Below are positions 1-10,703 of a DNA stretch of 64,000 nt, piece after piece. A program made the translations under genes and the position numbers. Position 1 is the stretch's first letter. Each line of letters begins with the position of its first letter. The notes under the pieces were generated by a model, which saw nothing but the letters and a program-made list of their open reading frames with translations, had not been told where the DNA came from and made no database searches. This stretch comes from a virus (Duplodnaviria > Caudoviricetes): positions 748 to 64,747 of IMG/VR virus record IMGVR_UViG_3300034101_003180; one strand, written 5' to 3'.

Positions 1-528
1 ACCGTAACCGAAGACTTTCCAGTAGATGTAGCTATCTGGGATCTTAACAAGTTCCTTGGTGTTATTAGTATGTTTAATAATCCAGATCTTGAGTTCCATG
101 ACAACTATGTTGAGGTTTCCAATGGAAACTCATCTATTCATTATTACTACTCTGAGGCAGCACTACTCACTGTGCCAACTAGAGATGTAAAGATGCCTAG
201 TATTCTATTCTCTTTTGATCTTGAGGAAAAGGATCTAAATGAGATTCTAAAGGCATCTAGTATTCTTCAAGTCAGCGATCTAAACATCGTTGCTGGTGAT
301 GGTAAGATCAAAATTACCGTAGATGACGCAAAGAAGGGAACCATGAACAGCTTTGCAATCACTGTGGAGGAGAATTATAATGGGCCGGATTACATCGGGT
401 CTCTTGATGTGTCTGACATTAAGTTTCTTCCGGGTTCATATAAAGTTGAATTGACTACCAGCATCATTTCTAGATTTACTCATACTTCTCAGGATCTTGC
501 CTACTATATCGCAATCAAGCGAGGTTAA
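1..528 (+). CDS. gp45: Sliding clamp (5'-truncated by window edge)
   Basis: Frame open from base 1 (TVTEDFPVDVAIWDLNKFL...); C-terminal KFLPGSYKV...YYIA; precedes gp44/gp62. Confidence 0.9.
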   Translation, partial: TVTEDFPVDVAIWDLNKFLGVISMFNNPDLEFHDNYVEVSNGNSSIHYYYSEAALLTVPTRDVKMPSILFSFDLEEKDLNEILKASSILQVSDLNIVAGDGKIKITVDDAKKGTMNSFAITVEENYNGPDYIGSLDVSDIKFLPGSYKVELTTSIISRFTHTSQDLAYYIAIKRG

Positions 529-530
529 TT

Positions 531-1475
531 GTGACTGATGTAAACAGCATTCTTTGGGTCGAAAAGTATCGACCCAAGACACTATCCGATTGCATTCTTC
601 CTATCGACACAAAGGCCATGTTCAATGGCATGTTGAAGGAGGGATCAATCCCAAACATGATGTTCTACGGTAAGGCAGGAACGGGCAAGACCACAGTTGC
701 CCGTGCCTTGGCACATGATTTAGACTCAGAATACATTCTTATCAACTGCTCCGAAGAGAATGGTATTGATACTCTTCGAACCAAGATTCGAAATTATGCT
801 TCAACAGTTTCATTGAATGGTGGTCAGAAGATTGTTATTCTTGATGAGTTTGACTATGCAAATGCTCAGTCTATTCAGCCTGCTTTGCGCGGAGCAATTG
901 AGGAGTTTCACAAGAATTGCCGGTTCATTATAACCTGCAACTACAAGAATCGTGTTATTGAGCCTCTTCATTCTCGCTGCACTGGAATTGATTTTACCAT
1001 TCCTACAGCAGAGAAATCCCAAATGGCTGGGGCTATGCTCGCTAGGATTGAACAGATTTTGACCAATGAATCTGTAGCCTTTGACAAGGCTGTGGTTGCA
1101 AACCTTATCAAGAAACACTTTCCAGACCTTCGTAGAATCATCAATGAACTACAGAAATATTCTTCTGCTGGAAAGATTGATGTAGGTATTCTTGCACAAA
1201 ACAGTAGCGAGTCTTTTAAAGAACTTCTTGGCTTTATGAAGAACAAAGACTTTGCTTCTTGTCGCAAGTGGGTTGTGCAAAATCTAGATCTCAATACCAC
1301 AGAGTTCTTTAAGCGTCTGTATACCGAACTATATACCGCTTTAAAGCAGAGTTCTATTCCACAAGCCATTCTTATCATTGCTGAATATCAATACAAGTCT
1401 GCGTTTGCAGCAGACCAAGAAATCAATACCATGGCTATGTTGGTTCAAATTATGATGGACTGTGAGTTTAATTAA
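531..1475 (+). CDS. gp44: Clamp loader large subunit (RFC-like AAA+)
   Basis: WVEKYRP, GKAGTGKT Walker A, ILDEFD Walker B, SRC motif; GTG start. Confidence 0.95.
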   Translation: MTDVNSILWVEKYRPKTLSDCILPIDTKAMFNGMLKEGSIPNMMFYGKAGTGKTTVARALAHDLDSEYILINCSEENGIDTLRTKIRNYASTVSLNGGQKIVILDEFDYANAQSIQPALRGAIEEFHKNCRFIITCNYKNRVIEPLHSRCTGIDFTIPTAEKSQMAGAMLARIEQILTNESVAFDKAVVANLIKKHFPDLRRIINELQKYSSAGKIDVGILAQNSSESFKELLGFMKNKDFASCRKWVVQNLDLNTTEFFKRLYTELYTALKQSSIPQAILIIAEYQYKSAFAADQEINTMAMLVQIMMDCEFN

Positions 1476-1855
1476 TGGAACTTAAAGAATTTCTTAACAG
1501 CATAAATCACGACAAGAAACCTTTACTAGACGAAGAAACAGCAGTTCGTTATTATCCTCCATTTGTGGTTAATCGGTGTCTGTCTTATTTTCCAGACACC
1601 ATTTTTCATTCCAATGAAATGAATTGCCATCCTTGGCTTGACCCCAAATCTCAGTTTGATTTTCATCGTTTATCTGTACGCAAAAAGAAGCGTTTCTCAC
1701 CTTGGTTGCGAAAAGAAACCGAGGAAAATATAGCCTTAATTAAGGAAGTTTATGGGTATACAAATGAGAAGGCTAGAGAAGTGCTAAATATACTTAGTTC
1801 AAAAGACATAGCAAAATTAAAGCAGTCTTTATATAAAGGTGGAACTAAGAATTAG
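1475..1855 (+). CDS. gp62: Clamp loader small subunit
   Basis: YPPFVVNRCLSYFPD...NEMN...RKKKRFSPW; synteny 45-44-62-regA. Confidence 0.9.
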   Translation: MELKEFLNSINHDKKPLLDEETAVRYYPPFVVNRCLSYFPDTIFHSNEMNCHPWLDPKSQFDFHRLSVRKKKRFSPWLRKETEENIALIKEVYGYTNEKAREVLNILSSKDIAKLKQSLYKGGTKN

Positions 1856-1866
1856 CAGGTGTTGAT

Positions 1867-2292
1867 ATGTCAGAATTATCAGATAAAACATTTAATAACG
1901 TTGGTGTTCACGTCAAATTATTTGATGATGAAGACTTTATGGTGGTCAGAGAAACCCTTTCAAGAATAGGTGTTTCTCCAAAAGGCAAAAAAGTTTTGTA
2001 TCAATCTTGCCATTTGATTCATAAAAACAACGTATATATTGTAGCGCACTTTAAAGAACTTTTTGCACTTGATGGATTGCCATCAAATGTTAGTGAAGAG
2101 GATATTAAAAGAAGAAATGCTATTGTAAATCTTCTTGAAGAATGGGAACTAATAGAAGTAATTGACAAAGATAAAATAAAAGACAAAATGCCTATAAGTG
2201 GGCTAAAGATTATTCGTTACGGTGAGAAGGATGACTGGGAATTAATTCCAAAATTTAATCCCGGTTCATTACGTAGATTTTTTAATTCATAA
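1867..2292 (+). CDS. regA: Translational repressor RegA
   Basis: DFMVVRETLSRIGV...LYQSCHLIHK...YIVAHFKELFALDG. Confidence 0.93.
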   Translation: MSELSDKTFNNVGVHVKLFDDEDFMVVRETLSRIGVSPKGKKVLYQSCHLIHKNNVYIVAHFKELFALDGLPSNVSEEDIKRRNAIVNLLEEWELIEVIDKDKIKDKMPISGLKIIRYGEKDDWELIPKFNPGSLRRFFNS

Positions 2293-2300
2293 GGATTATT

Positions 2301-3521
2301 ATGCACAATTTAACTTTAAGTATGATCGTCAAAAACGAGGCACCAAATATTCAACGATGTTTGGAGTCTGTCGCACCATTTATTAATTACTATGTAATCT
2401 GTGATACTGGTTCTACAGATAACACTAAGGAAATTATTAAAAAGTTTTTTGATGAAAAGGGAATCCCCGGTGAAATTCACGACCATGAATGGTCTGACTT
2501 TGGAATCAACCGATCAAAGGCTCTTGAACTTTGCATGGGCAAAACAAAATGGGCTCTGATGATCGATGCAGATGATTTTATTTCTGGAAAACTTCCAGTT
2601 GATAAATTTGATGAAAATTTAGATGGTTATGTTGTAAAGATAAAACGGGGACCTTTTGAATGGTATCGTGCACAGATATTTCATCTAGCCAAAAAGAAAT
2701 GGTGGTACGAGGAACCTCTGCACGAATATTCTATCTGCGAACAGCCAATGAATATTGGTAAACTTGAAGGAGATTATTGTTGGGAAGTTCGAACAGAGGG
2801 TTGCAGATTTAGAGAAACAAATGGTGATGATAGAGAAAAATATAGAAGAGATTATTACATTCTAAAGAAATATATTGAAGAAAATCCAAACCAACCTAGA
2901 AAACAATTTTATTTAGCTCAATCTGCCTTTGATGCTCACATGTTTGATATTGCAGAGGTTGAGTATGAAAAAAGAGCAAAAATGGGACAATGGATAGAAG
3001 AGGTTTTTTATTCTTGGATGCGCGTTGGAATGTGCCGGGAACTTTTAAATAAGCCATTAGAAAATGTAATCGATGCGTTTATGCAAGCGTTTGAGTGTCT
3101 TCCAAATAGAGTAGAACCCTTGTATCATATGTCTTGTATCTATAGAAAGCATAATAGACCAAGAAATGCATTCATCATGTCATCACAAGGTCTGTCTTAT
3201 GCTATTCCACAAGACCAAATTCTTTTCGTGGATACTGGAAATTATCTTTGGGGAATTCTAGATGAGGTTGCCACTACCGCAGCCCATGTAGGAAAATTTC
3301 ATATGGGATTGGCTGCTTGTGAAAAATTATTGGCAGAACCACATCTTCCAGAAGATCAAAGAGAAAGAGTAAAACAAAATAGAGAACTTTATCTCAAAGC
3401 TGTTATGCAGCACCAAGGTCAAATTGAAGCACAACAAAAAAAACTTTTAGATGAAGTGAAGAAAAAAGCCAACAGAACCACTTTAGATGTGGACCCAAAT
3501 AAAGTTCCAGCGGTTCTTTAA
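2301..3521 (+). CDS. GT2 glycosyltransferase with C-terminal TPR-like repeats
   Basis: LSMIVKNEA, DTGSTD, IDADD DxD motif, PLHE; FYLAQS and helical TPR-like tail. Confidence 0.88.
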   Translation: MHNLTLSMIVKNEAPNIQRCLESVAPFINYYVICDTGSTDNTKEIIKKFFDEKGIPGEIHDHEWSDFGINRSKALELCMGKTKWALMIDADDFISGKLPVDKFDENLDGYVVKIKRGPFEWYRAQIFHLAKKKWWYEEPLHEYSICEQPMNIGKLEGDYCWEVRTEGCRFRETNGDDREKYRRDYYILKKYIEENPNQPRKQFYLAQSAFDAHMFDIAEVEYEKRAKMGQWIEEVFYSWMRVGMCRELLNKPLENVIDAFMQAFECLPNRVEPLYHMSCIYRKHNRPRNAFIMSSQGLSYAIPQDQILFVDTGNYLWGILDEVATTAAHVGKFHMGLAACEKLLAEPHLPEDQRERVKQNRELYLKAVMQHQGQIEAQQKKLLDEVKKKANRTTLDVDPNKVPAVL

Positions 3522-3527
3522 TTAAAG

Positions 3528-3535
3528 TATAAATA
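3528..3535 (+). promoter_or_regulatory. T4-type late promoter TATAAATA
   Basis: Exact gp55 -10 box 8 nt before ATG 3544. Confidence 0.7.
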
Positions 3536-3543
3536 TTTTTGTA

Positions 3544-3933
3544 ATGGAAAATATTTATGACCCAAATGTAGTATTAGGTGATACTTTACGTTGGTCTATG
3601 GCTATCAAAAATAGTGCTGGATCCAGTTATGATCTAACTGGATCCACATTATCTATGCAAATTAGATCTGGATATTATCCTAGTTCCGTTTTAGTATCAT
3701 ACAGTACCGGAATAACAGCAGGGACTATAATTTCAATACCAGAAGGTTCTACTGGTGGTTTAGCTGCAGCCACAGGTGGTTCTGTAAATATCTGTGTTGG
3801 TTCTAATTATACTAAAAATTTTCCACCATATACTCAAATTTTTTATGATCTGCAACAGATAACATCTGGTGGAGATACTATAACTCTTTTAAGAGGAAAA
3901 ATAAACACAATTTTAGATGTAACAAGAACATAA
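3544..3933 (+). CDS. BppU/Ig-like virion structural protein
   Basis: GDT...YDLTG...MQIR...YDLQ...LLRG pattern typical of small baseplate-associated beta proteins. Confidence 0.6.
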   Translation: MENIYDPNVVLGDTLRWSMAIKNSAGSSYDLTGSTLSMQIRSGYYPSSVLVSYSTGITAGTIISIPEGSTGGLAAATGGSVNICVGSNYTKNFPPYTQIFYDLQQITSGGDTITLLRGKINTILDVTRT

Positions 3934-3934
3934 A

Positions 3935-5545
3935 ATGACAGATGTAAATGTAACGGTTGTAACATCAACCCCAAATCTAATAGAAGTAATTACACAAGGT
4001 AGCGGATCTGCTGGTGCTTCTGGTACTCCCGGAGCAAAGGGAGCCACAGGAGCCACTGGTGCTACAGGAGCCACAGGAGCCACAGGAGCCACAGGAGCCA
4101 CTGGTGCTACAGGAGCCACAGGAGCCACAGGAGCCACTGGTGCCACAGGAGCCACAGGAGCCACAGGAGCCACTGGTGCCACAGGAGCCACTGGTGCTAC
4201 AGGAGCCACAGGAGCCACAGGAGCCACTGGTGCCACAGGAGCCACAGGAGCCACAGGAGCCACTGGTGCTACAGGAGCCACAGGAGCCACAGGAGCCACT
4301 GGAGCCACTGGTGCTACAGGAGCCACAGGAGCCACAGGAGCCACTGGTTTACCTGGGGATATATACTCCACACAATCTACAGATTTTATTAATTTAAATA
4401 CCTTGTCTATAAATGACACCTTAACATTAAGCATACCAAGTGGCTTGGCTTATACTAAGGTTCAATCTATCAGAGTTGCACACAGCAATACACAATACAT
4501 AGATGCTGAAATTTCTCAATATATAGGAACAAATTTAACTTTTATTGCAAAAGGTATAACAGGAAGTGGTAATGTTAGCCCATGGGATATAAATCTAGCT
4601 GGCGCAATTGGTCAGAAAGGTGATCAAGGAGTTCAAGGCATAACAGGAAACACGGGTGCCACGGGAGCAACTGGTGCCACAGGAGCCACAGGAGCAACTG
4701 GTGCCACAGGAGCCACGGGTGCTACAGGAGCCACGGGTGCTACAGGAGCCACGGGTGCCACAGGAGCCACGGGTGCCACAGGAGCCACGGGTGCTACAGG
4801 AGCCACGGGTGCTACAGGAGCCACGGGTGCTACAGGAGCCACGGGTGCTACAGGAGCCACGGGTGCTACAGGTCCGGTTGGACCCCATGTTGTTAGTTTA
4901 AATGGATTGAGCGGTGGTGTAACTCTTTATGGTGGAACTGGTATAAATTTAATTTTATCATTACAAGGAATTACAATATCCTCTTCTACATCTCAAAGTG
5001 GATCTTCTGAAATTTCTTCTTTAACTCCTGCTGGAATCACAGGTGATATAGTGGGTTATAGAAATAGTTCTTGGGGAATAATTAAACCAAATACTGTTTC
5101 TATGCCTCTTCCCAATCTTGGAAATATATTATCAATTATTGGAGGATTTACTTCATGGAATGTTGCTCCACAATTTAGTCCAGGATTTCAAGGAAGATAT
5201 TTGGGGAAAGGTACATTTTTAGTACATAATACAGAATATGTTGACGCCACTTTGTTTGGGACCAATTCTATATTATTAGCATATGATAATAGAGTTGACG
5301 GAAATGCAGTTGCTTCTGCAACTAAAATACTTCAAGGCGATGGAATAACATTTCCACTTTTTGTTGGTTCTGGTGAAGCTAGAAGTTATACTTTTTTAAA
5401 TAGTAACGGTAATTTTGAAACTAGAGATTGGTACAATGGTGGTGCACCATCAACAACTCACGTTGGATGGGCCATTCGATTAAGTGGAGTAACTTCTGGT
5501 GGTTTAGTTGGTGGCGCATTTGGTGGAGGTATACAAACAGTTTAA
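3935..5545 (+). CDS. Collagen-like fibre protein with (Gly-Ala-Thr)n blocks
   Basis: Two pure GAT blocks; [11 protein letters not shown] fibre motif. Confidence 0.85.
   Translation: MTDVNVTVVTSTPNLIEVITQGSGSAGASGTPGAKGATGATGATGATGATGATGATGATGATGATGATGATGATGATGATGATGATGATGATGATGATGATGATGATGATGATGATGATGATGATGATGATGATGATGLPGDIYSTQSTDFINLNTLSINDTLTLSIPSGLAYTKVQSIRVAHSNTQYIDAEISQYIGTNLTFIAKGITGSGNVSPWDINLAGAIGQKGDQGVQGITGNTGATGATGATGATGATGATGATGATGATGATGATGATGATGATGATGATGATGATGATGATGATGATGATGATGPVGPHVVSLNGLSGGVTLYGGTGINLILSLQGITISSSTSQSGSSEISSLTPAGITGDIVGYRNSSWGIIKPNTVSMPLPNLGNILSIIGGFTSWNVAPQFSPGFQGRYLGKGTFLVHNTEYVDATLFGTNSILLAYDNRVDGNAVASATKILQGDGITFPLFVGSGEARSYTFLNSNGNFETRDWYNGGAPSTTHVGWAIRLSGVTSGGLVGGAFGGGIQTV
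4040..4345 (+). repeat. 9-bp coding tandem repeat GGW-GCY-ACW, 34 units
   Basis: Directly visible; encodes (GAT)34. Confidence 0.95.
4655..4870 (+). repeat. 9-bp coding tandem repeat, 24 units
   Basis: Directly visible; encodes (GAT)24. Confidence 0.95.
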
Positions 5546-5548
5546 CCT

Positions 5549-7834
5549 ATGTTCTTCGGAAAGAACAAAACATCTTTAAGACTTAAAAAGCCATTTTTAG
5601 GATTGGCTTTGGATACCGATTATTATATTGTAGAACATGTAACAAATCCATCAAGATTAAAAGTTGGTACAGGTATTTCCAAGTTATCTTTAATAAATTC
5701 AAATGGAGATGAATATCTTTTAGAAGGAAATTCAACCAAGATAAAGGATTTGTTTACTCAAAAATATTTGTTTGAATCAACTGAAGGAAAAACATATAAA
5801 GTTGTAAGACCTGTTGGTAATTTATTAAGAAATTCTTTATTAAAAGAAATTATCACAGAACATTACGATGAAAAATGGCAATTGGGCCATGGCACATCAG
5901 AGCAATATTACATACAACAATCTAATAATAAAATTATTAAGTTGTATGGCAATTCACAACAAATAAAAAATATAATGGAAGAGGTTGTTCAACAACCGAA
6001 ACCACAGATTACTCAATCTGTTCTCACAGAAACAAAAATTGAACCAAAAGTTCAAGTTATTGAAAAAACAATAATCCGTGAACAGGCTCCTATTATTGGA
6101 GAACCAGGTCCTAAAGGTGACATTGGTGAAAAAGGTCCCAGAGGTGAACCCGGTCCACAAGGACCAAGAGGATTCCCGGGCCCAATTGGTCCTCAAGGAG
6201 AAAAGGGAGAAAAAGGAGATCAGGGAGAACAAGGAACACCCGGCGAACAAGGTCCGGTAGGCCCAAGAGGAATTAAAGGACCAAAGGGAGATAAAGGTGA
6301 TAAGGGTGATAGAGGTCCTGCGGGCCCAATGGGCCCAATGGGTGCAGCAGGATTACAAGGAGAACAGGGCCAAATTGGTCCACAGGGTCCAATTGGCCCA
6401 CAAGGTTCTGTTGGTCCTGCTGGACCACAAGGACCAAAAGGAGAAAGAGGTCCACAAGGAGAAAGAGGATTACAAGGTCCTGCTGGTCCAAAAGGTGAAA
6501 TTGGACTATCTCCAATTATAAAAGCCGAAGAACCATTAGTTTTAAATAATGGAACTCTATCTTTTCAGACAGATAAATTTAAAGATCTTATAACAAAAAC
6601 TTCAAGTAAAGATATACAGGATGCTATTAGTAAACTTACCTCTTCCATAATTCCAACTGGAGGTGGCGCTGTAGGAATCGTATTTGAAGGAAAAAGATTA
6701 ATTCGTTCAGTTAACGATATTAAATTTTCTGGTGATGTAAATGTAACTAGAGAAGGAAAAGATGTTCGTGTCACCATTGCACCAAATACAGCAACAAGTG
6801 TATTTGCTGGTTCTGGAATCAGTATCACTGATGGAATAACCGCTGGAAGCAAAGTAATCAGCAATACTATTAGTGTAAAAAGTAGTAAACCCGGTGTTAT
6901 TCAATATTCTAACACAGGCAACACAGATTTAGAAAGTGATAATGCATTTTTCTTAAATCAAGATAACAGTGAGTTAATTTTACCAAAAGGTGTTAGTCTT
7001 GGTGTAGATGGATTTATTACATTTCCGGATGGCACAACTCAAGGTTCTGCATTTTCTGGAACAGAATCTACATGGACAAATCCAGATCCGGGTGCAGCAA
7101 ATGGAATTGCTAGCGGAATAACTTTTGCATTAGGATTAAATGCTATAGAAGTTTTAGAACAATTAATTTATCCTTATCAACCAGTAACATTCACAGCCTT
7201 CTCAATAAACTTGGGAACATCTCCATTCGATCTTGGAAGAACTTTTGGTTCCGGTTCATACACTGCTACATGGACTACATCAGGTCCAACTGGAAACTGG
7301 ATTCCTGCTTCGTTGGTGGTAAGAGACAATACAAATTCTACAGTAATTCGTTCTGGTTTGAACTACAACAGTACACCAGCCGGAATTACTTTGAGCCAAT
7401 ATGGCTATTCAACACCATCTCAACTTACATTTGGCTTAACAGGTCAACAACAATCTGGTCTTGTTGTGTCGAGAACAGCAACATTCGATTGGCGTCATAG
7501 AATTTATTGGGGCAAGAGTGCATCTGCTTCACCGACATCACTTGCTGATCTAACAACCGGCTCTAATAATAGATTCACATCATCTACTACGGCTTTGGGA
7601 ACTTACACATATACTTTCCTTGATTCTGTAAGCCCAGAATATTCATATGTAATTGTACCAACATCTCCGGGATCTCCCGGAACCTATACATCTTGGAAGG
7701 ATGCAAACAATCTAACCGTAACACCAGTTTCAGGAACATTCACTCAAACCAATGCTTATGGAGTTTCAATTTCTTGGACATGGTATCAAGTCAGCAACCC
7801 AACAACCGGAATTTATTCCATAACCGCTTCTTAA
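5549..7834 (+). CDS. Collagen triple-helix fibre protein
   Basis: About 46 Gly-X-Y triplets (6098-6511), ITFPDGTTQ fibre motif, beta-rich C-terminus. Confidence 0.85.
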   Translation: MFFGKNKTSLRLKKPFLGLALDTDYYIVEHVTNPSRLKVGTGISKLSLINSNGDEYLLEGNSTKIKDLFTQKYLFESTEGKTYKVVRPVGNLLRNSLLKEIITEHYDEKWQLGHGTSEQYYIQQSNNKIIKLYGNSQQIKNIMEEVVQQPKPQITQSVLTETKIEPKVQVIEKTIIREQAPIIGEPGPKGDIGEKGPRGEPGPQGPRGFPGPIGPQGEKGEKGDQGEQGTPGEQGPVGPRGIKGPKGDKGDKGDRGPAGPMGPMGAAGLQGEQGQIGPQGPIGPQGSVGPAGPQGPKGERGPQGERGLQGPAGPKGEIGLSPIIKAEEPLVLNNGTLSFQTDKFKDLITKTSSKDIQDAISKLTSSIIPTGGGAVGIVFEGKRLIRSVNDIKFSGDVNVTREGKDVRVTIAPNTATSVFAGSGISITDGITAGSKVISNTISVKSSKPGVIQYSNTGNTDLESDNAFFLNQDNSELILPKGVSLGVDGFITFPDGTTQGSAFSGTESTWTNPDPGAANGIASGITFALGLNAIEVLEQLIYPYQPVTFTAFSINLGTSPFDLGRTFGSGSYTATWTTSGPTGNWIPASLVVRDNTNSTVIRSGLNYNSTPAGITLSQYGYSTPSQLTFGLTGQQQSGLVVSRTATFDWRHRIYWGKSASASPTSLADLTTGSNNRFTSSTTALGTYTYTFLDSVSPEYSYVIVPTSPGSPGTYTSWKDANNLTVTPVSGTFTQTNAYGVSISWTWYQVSNPTTGIYSITAS

Positions 7835-7835
7835 T

Positions 7836-8411
7836 ATGCCAATTACAGGATACATCTCAGTAGGTCTACCAATCGGCCCAAATGTCGATAGTGACCCATA
7901 TTTCGTAACAAATCCAAGATACGGACTTGGTGGATTACGAACTGTAACTGACATAACAGCAAGAGATGCCATCATAACTCAACGACGTGAAGTTGGTATG
8001 ATGACCTATGTTACAACTGAAAATAAATTTTACTATTTATCTGGTGGTACTGGAAATTCTTATTGGATTGAATTTAGTGGTGCAACAGGAAGTGGTGGAA
8101 CTGGTGCAGTATCTTCCATAACCGGAACTCCGAATGAAATAGAGGTATCAAGTCCCACCGGAAATGTTTCCATAGGACTTCCAAATTCAGTAAATATTGC
8201 AACTAGTTTAAATATTGGTGGAATAACTATTGGTGTAAGTGGAGGAAATTTATATGTTTCTAGCGGATTAGATATATTTGGTAATATAAATACTACAGGA
8301 ACCCTTATTGTTGACGGATTAATTATCACCAAATCAGGCTTCCAAGGATATACCGGAACAGAACAACTAGAACCGATTGAACACGTTACACTTGATGGTG
8401 GAGATTATTAA
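7836..8411 (+). CDS. Fibre-associated structural protein
   Basis: ARDAI...RREVGM motif, VSSITGTPNEI, C-terminal LDGGDY. Confidence 0.65.
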   Translation: MPITGYISVGLPIGPNVDSDPYFVTNPRYGLGGLRTVTDITARDAIITQRREVGMMTYVTTENKFYYLSGGTGNSYWIEFSGATGSGGTGAVSSITGTPNEIEVSSPTGNVSIGLPNSVNIATSLNIGGITIGVSGGNLYVSSGLDIFGNINTTGTLIVDGLIITKSGFQGYTGTEQLEPIEHVTLDGGDY

Positions 8412-8421
8412 GGAATAAACA

Positions 8422-10422
8422 ATGGCAACAATTAAGATTAAAAGAGGTACGGGACAACCAGCACTAACAGGGCTTACGGCCTATGAACCAGCATGGGATA
8501 CAACAAATAATCGTTTGTTTATTCACAATGGATCCACTGCAATGTGGATTGGTGCCCAAATTGATAATAATACCTCTTTGGCAGGAAATTGTGCCTTTAC
8601 AATTCCAACTCAAAACGCTGTAAAAACTTACGTTGATAGCCAAGTTGCAGGTGGTGCAGTATCTACATTAAACGGTGCTACTGGTGCAGTTACGATTGGC
8701 GGTGGTACTGCAATTGCAATAGCAACATCTACTGCTGCTAGAGGAATCACAGTTACAAATACTGGTGTATGGAGTGTAAACGGAAATACCGGAGCAGTAA
8801 GTAATATTGCAGTAACAAATGCTGCACAAACATTTACAGGAACTCAAAGTTTTATTTCTGGTATTTGTGCTGGTCCCGGATCGACATTTAATATTTCAGT
8901 ATTTGTTCGTGGAACAGCAGTAGGTATTGACGGTGCAACTTCCGGACAATTGAGAATCGGAAACGATCTTGGCCAAGATGCTGGATTTGCAGCCATTGTC
9001 AAAGAAGCAGGAAATAATAAGCGAACCACAACTATTTTAGGAAATTCTGACGGTTACTTTGTAACATCCAATACCGATGGTGCTGCAACTAATAGAATTT
9101 TGAGAGCACAGGGCAGTGGTATAACTCCTATATGGATTGACCCTGAATCACCAACAACAGGATTGTCAGCATATTGGTCAAATAGAACAGATAGAATTTT
9201 GATGCAAGATGCTTCTGGAGCTATGTTCTTAACTTTGTCTGGAGGCAAGACTGGATATCAACAACAATTTACAAGCAATAGTGCTACATGGAATGAAACT
9301 ACAGGACTTTTAACAGTAGCAAATGCAAACTTTACTTCTGGTGTAACAATTGCATCTCTTCGTACAACATCAATTGCAAACTTTGTAGGTGGTTTGTGTG
9401 CCTCTGGTGGAACTTTCAGCGGTTCACTAACACTAAATGGAAATGCTGTAACAACAGTTGCAAATACTGTTACATCCATTGCTGGAACGGCAAATCAAAT
9501 TACAGCAAGCGGATCTACTGGATCTGTAACACTAAGCCTTCCATCTACGCTAATAGCACCCGGTTCTCTTACCGTAACGGGTGACCTAACTGTTAACGGC
9601 ACAACAACAACGGTAAACTCTACAACTGTAACAGTTCAAGATCCACTTATTGCAATTGGTGGTCTAACAGGTAATATTCCTCCAGTAACCGGAGATGTAA
9701 AAGATCGTGGTATTCTTTTCCAATATTTTGATGCTGCTGGAAGAACAGGCTTCTTTGGTCACGATACAAGCACTGGAAGATTTACATATATTCCTATTGT
9801 AACATCTGTATCCGGTGAAGTTGTAACAGGACCAGCAGGAATTGCAGAATTTAGCAGTGTTCGTGCACCAAACCAAACTCTTACACTTGTAGGTGTATCT
9901 GGTGCTAATGCTACAGTAACATTAAATGGTGCTGCCACTGCTGCGGCCACATCAATAGTAAATACAGCATATGAAACTGTAATTACTTCTGCTACAGGTA
10001 TCGGAAGATTGGCTATTGCTGGAGATCTTTTGGATCCAGCAAATGAAGGAACCATCACAACATCAGCATTTACTGCAGCAAGAACCTTTACTCTACCAGA
10101 CATTACTGGTACATTCCCAGTTGCAACAACAGGTGGTGCAACTTCTGGTTGGATTTTAAGAGGACAAGGTGCTACAACTGTAAATACATGGATTAATCCT
10201 GCTGCTTCTGGATTTACTGCCTTTACATCTACTAATGTAAATTTAGTCGCAGTAAAAGATGCAGTAAATTATGGTTTGGTCTTTGCTTTAGGTACAGCTG
10301 GAAATCAAACTCTTTATGGTGACTCTACAACAGGTGTAATGTGGAGACCAAGTACAAATACACTCACGGTTGGTGGTGGTTTGGGATTCTTTGAAGGAAT
10401 TGTTGACGGCGGTGCATTCTAA
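8422..10422 (+). CDS. Tail fibre (Mtd_N/hyaluronidase-like N-terminus)
   Basis: MATIKIKRGT...EPAWDT N-terminus, VTGDLTVNGTTTTVNST, C-terminal VDGGAF. Confidence 0.8.
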   Translation: MATIKIKRGTGQPALTGLTAYEPAWDTTNNRLFIHNGSTAMWIGAQIDNNTSLAGNCAFTIPTQNAVKTYVDSQVAGGAVSTLNGATGAVTIGGGTAIAIATSTAARGITVTNTGVWSVNGNTGAVSNIAVTNAAQTFTGTQSFISGICAGPGSTFNISVFVRGTAVGIDGATSGQLRIGNDLGQDAGFAAIVKEAGNNKRTTTILGNSDGYFVTSNTDGAATNRILRAQGSGITPIWIDPESPTTGLSAYWSNRTDRILMQDASGAMFLTLSGGKTGYQQQFTSNSATWNETTGLLTVANANFTSGVTIASLRTTSIANFVGGLCASGGTFSGSLTLNGNAVTTVANTVTSIAGTANQITASGSTGSVTLSLPSTLIAPGSLTVTGDLTVNGTTTTVNSTTVTVQDPLIAIGGLTGNIPPVTGDVKDRGILFQYFDAAGRTGFFGHDTSTGRFTYIPIVTSVSGEVVTGPAGIAEFSSVRAPNQTLTLVGVSGANATVTLNGAATAAATSIVNTAYETVITSATGIGRLAIAGDLLDPANEGTITTSAFTAARTFTLPDITGTFPVATTGGATSGWILRGQGATTVNTWINPAASGFTAFTSTNVNLVAVKDAVNYGLVFALGTAGNQTLYGDSTTGVMWRPSTNTLTVGGGLGFFEGIVDGGAF

Positions 10423-10443
10423 AATTTAAAAGGAGAAATGTGA

Positions 10444-10653
10444 ATGTCTTTTGATAAGAAGATGATGGAACTTTTATATAAGCGTTATTTTGAATTAGCA
10501 CAATCAAGTTTAGTTACAGAACTCAACTTTCTTGCAGAACAAATAAAAAATTCTGAACTGCAAGAAAAAATTGAGGAATTGAATAAAAAGTTAGAAAATT
10601 ATTCAAAAAAGAAGAAAAAGGATTCACCAGAACTAGATGGTGAAACCTTCTAA
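10444..10653 (+). CDS. Small coiled-coil protein, possible fibre chaperone
   Basis: 69 aa, upstream AGGAG, C-terminal LDGETF echoing neighbours' DGG-x-F/Y ends. Confidence 0.55.
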   Translation: MSFDKKMMELLYKRYFELAQSSLVTELNFLAEQIKNSELQEKIEELNKKLENYSKKKKKDSPELDGETF

Positions 10654-10703
10654 ATAGTATTGTACTTGTCAAGATTGTATAGACATTAGGAGTTATTTCC
10701 AGA

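Noticed and set aside
3913-4901. (APV)n antisense and (QEP)n off-frame ORFs
   Set aside because: Shadows of the stop-free 9-bp collagen repeat
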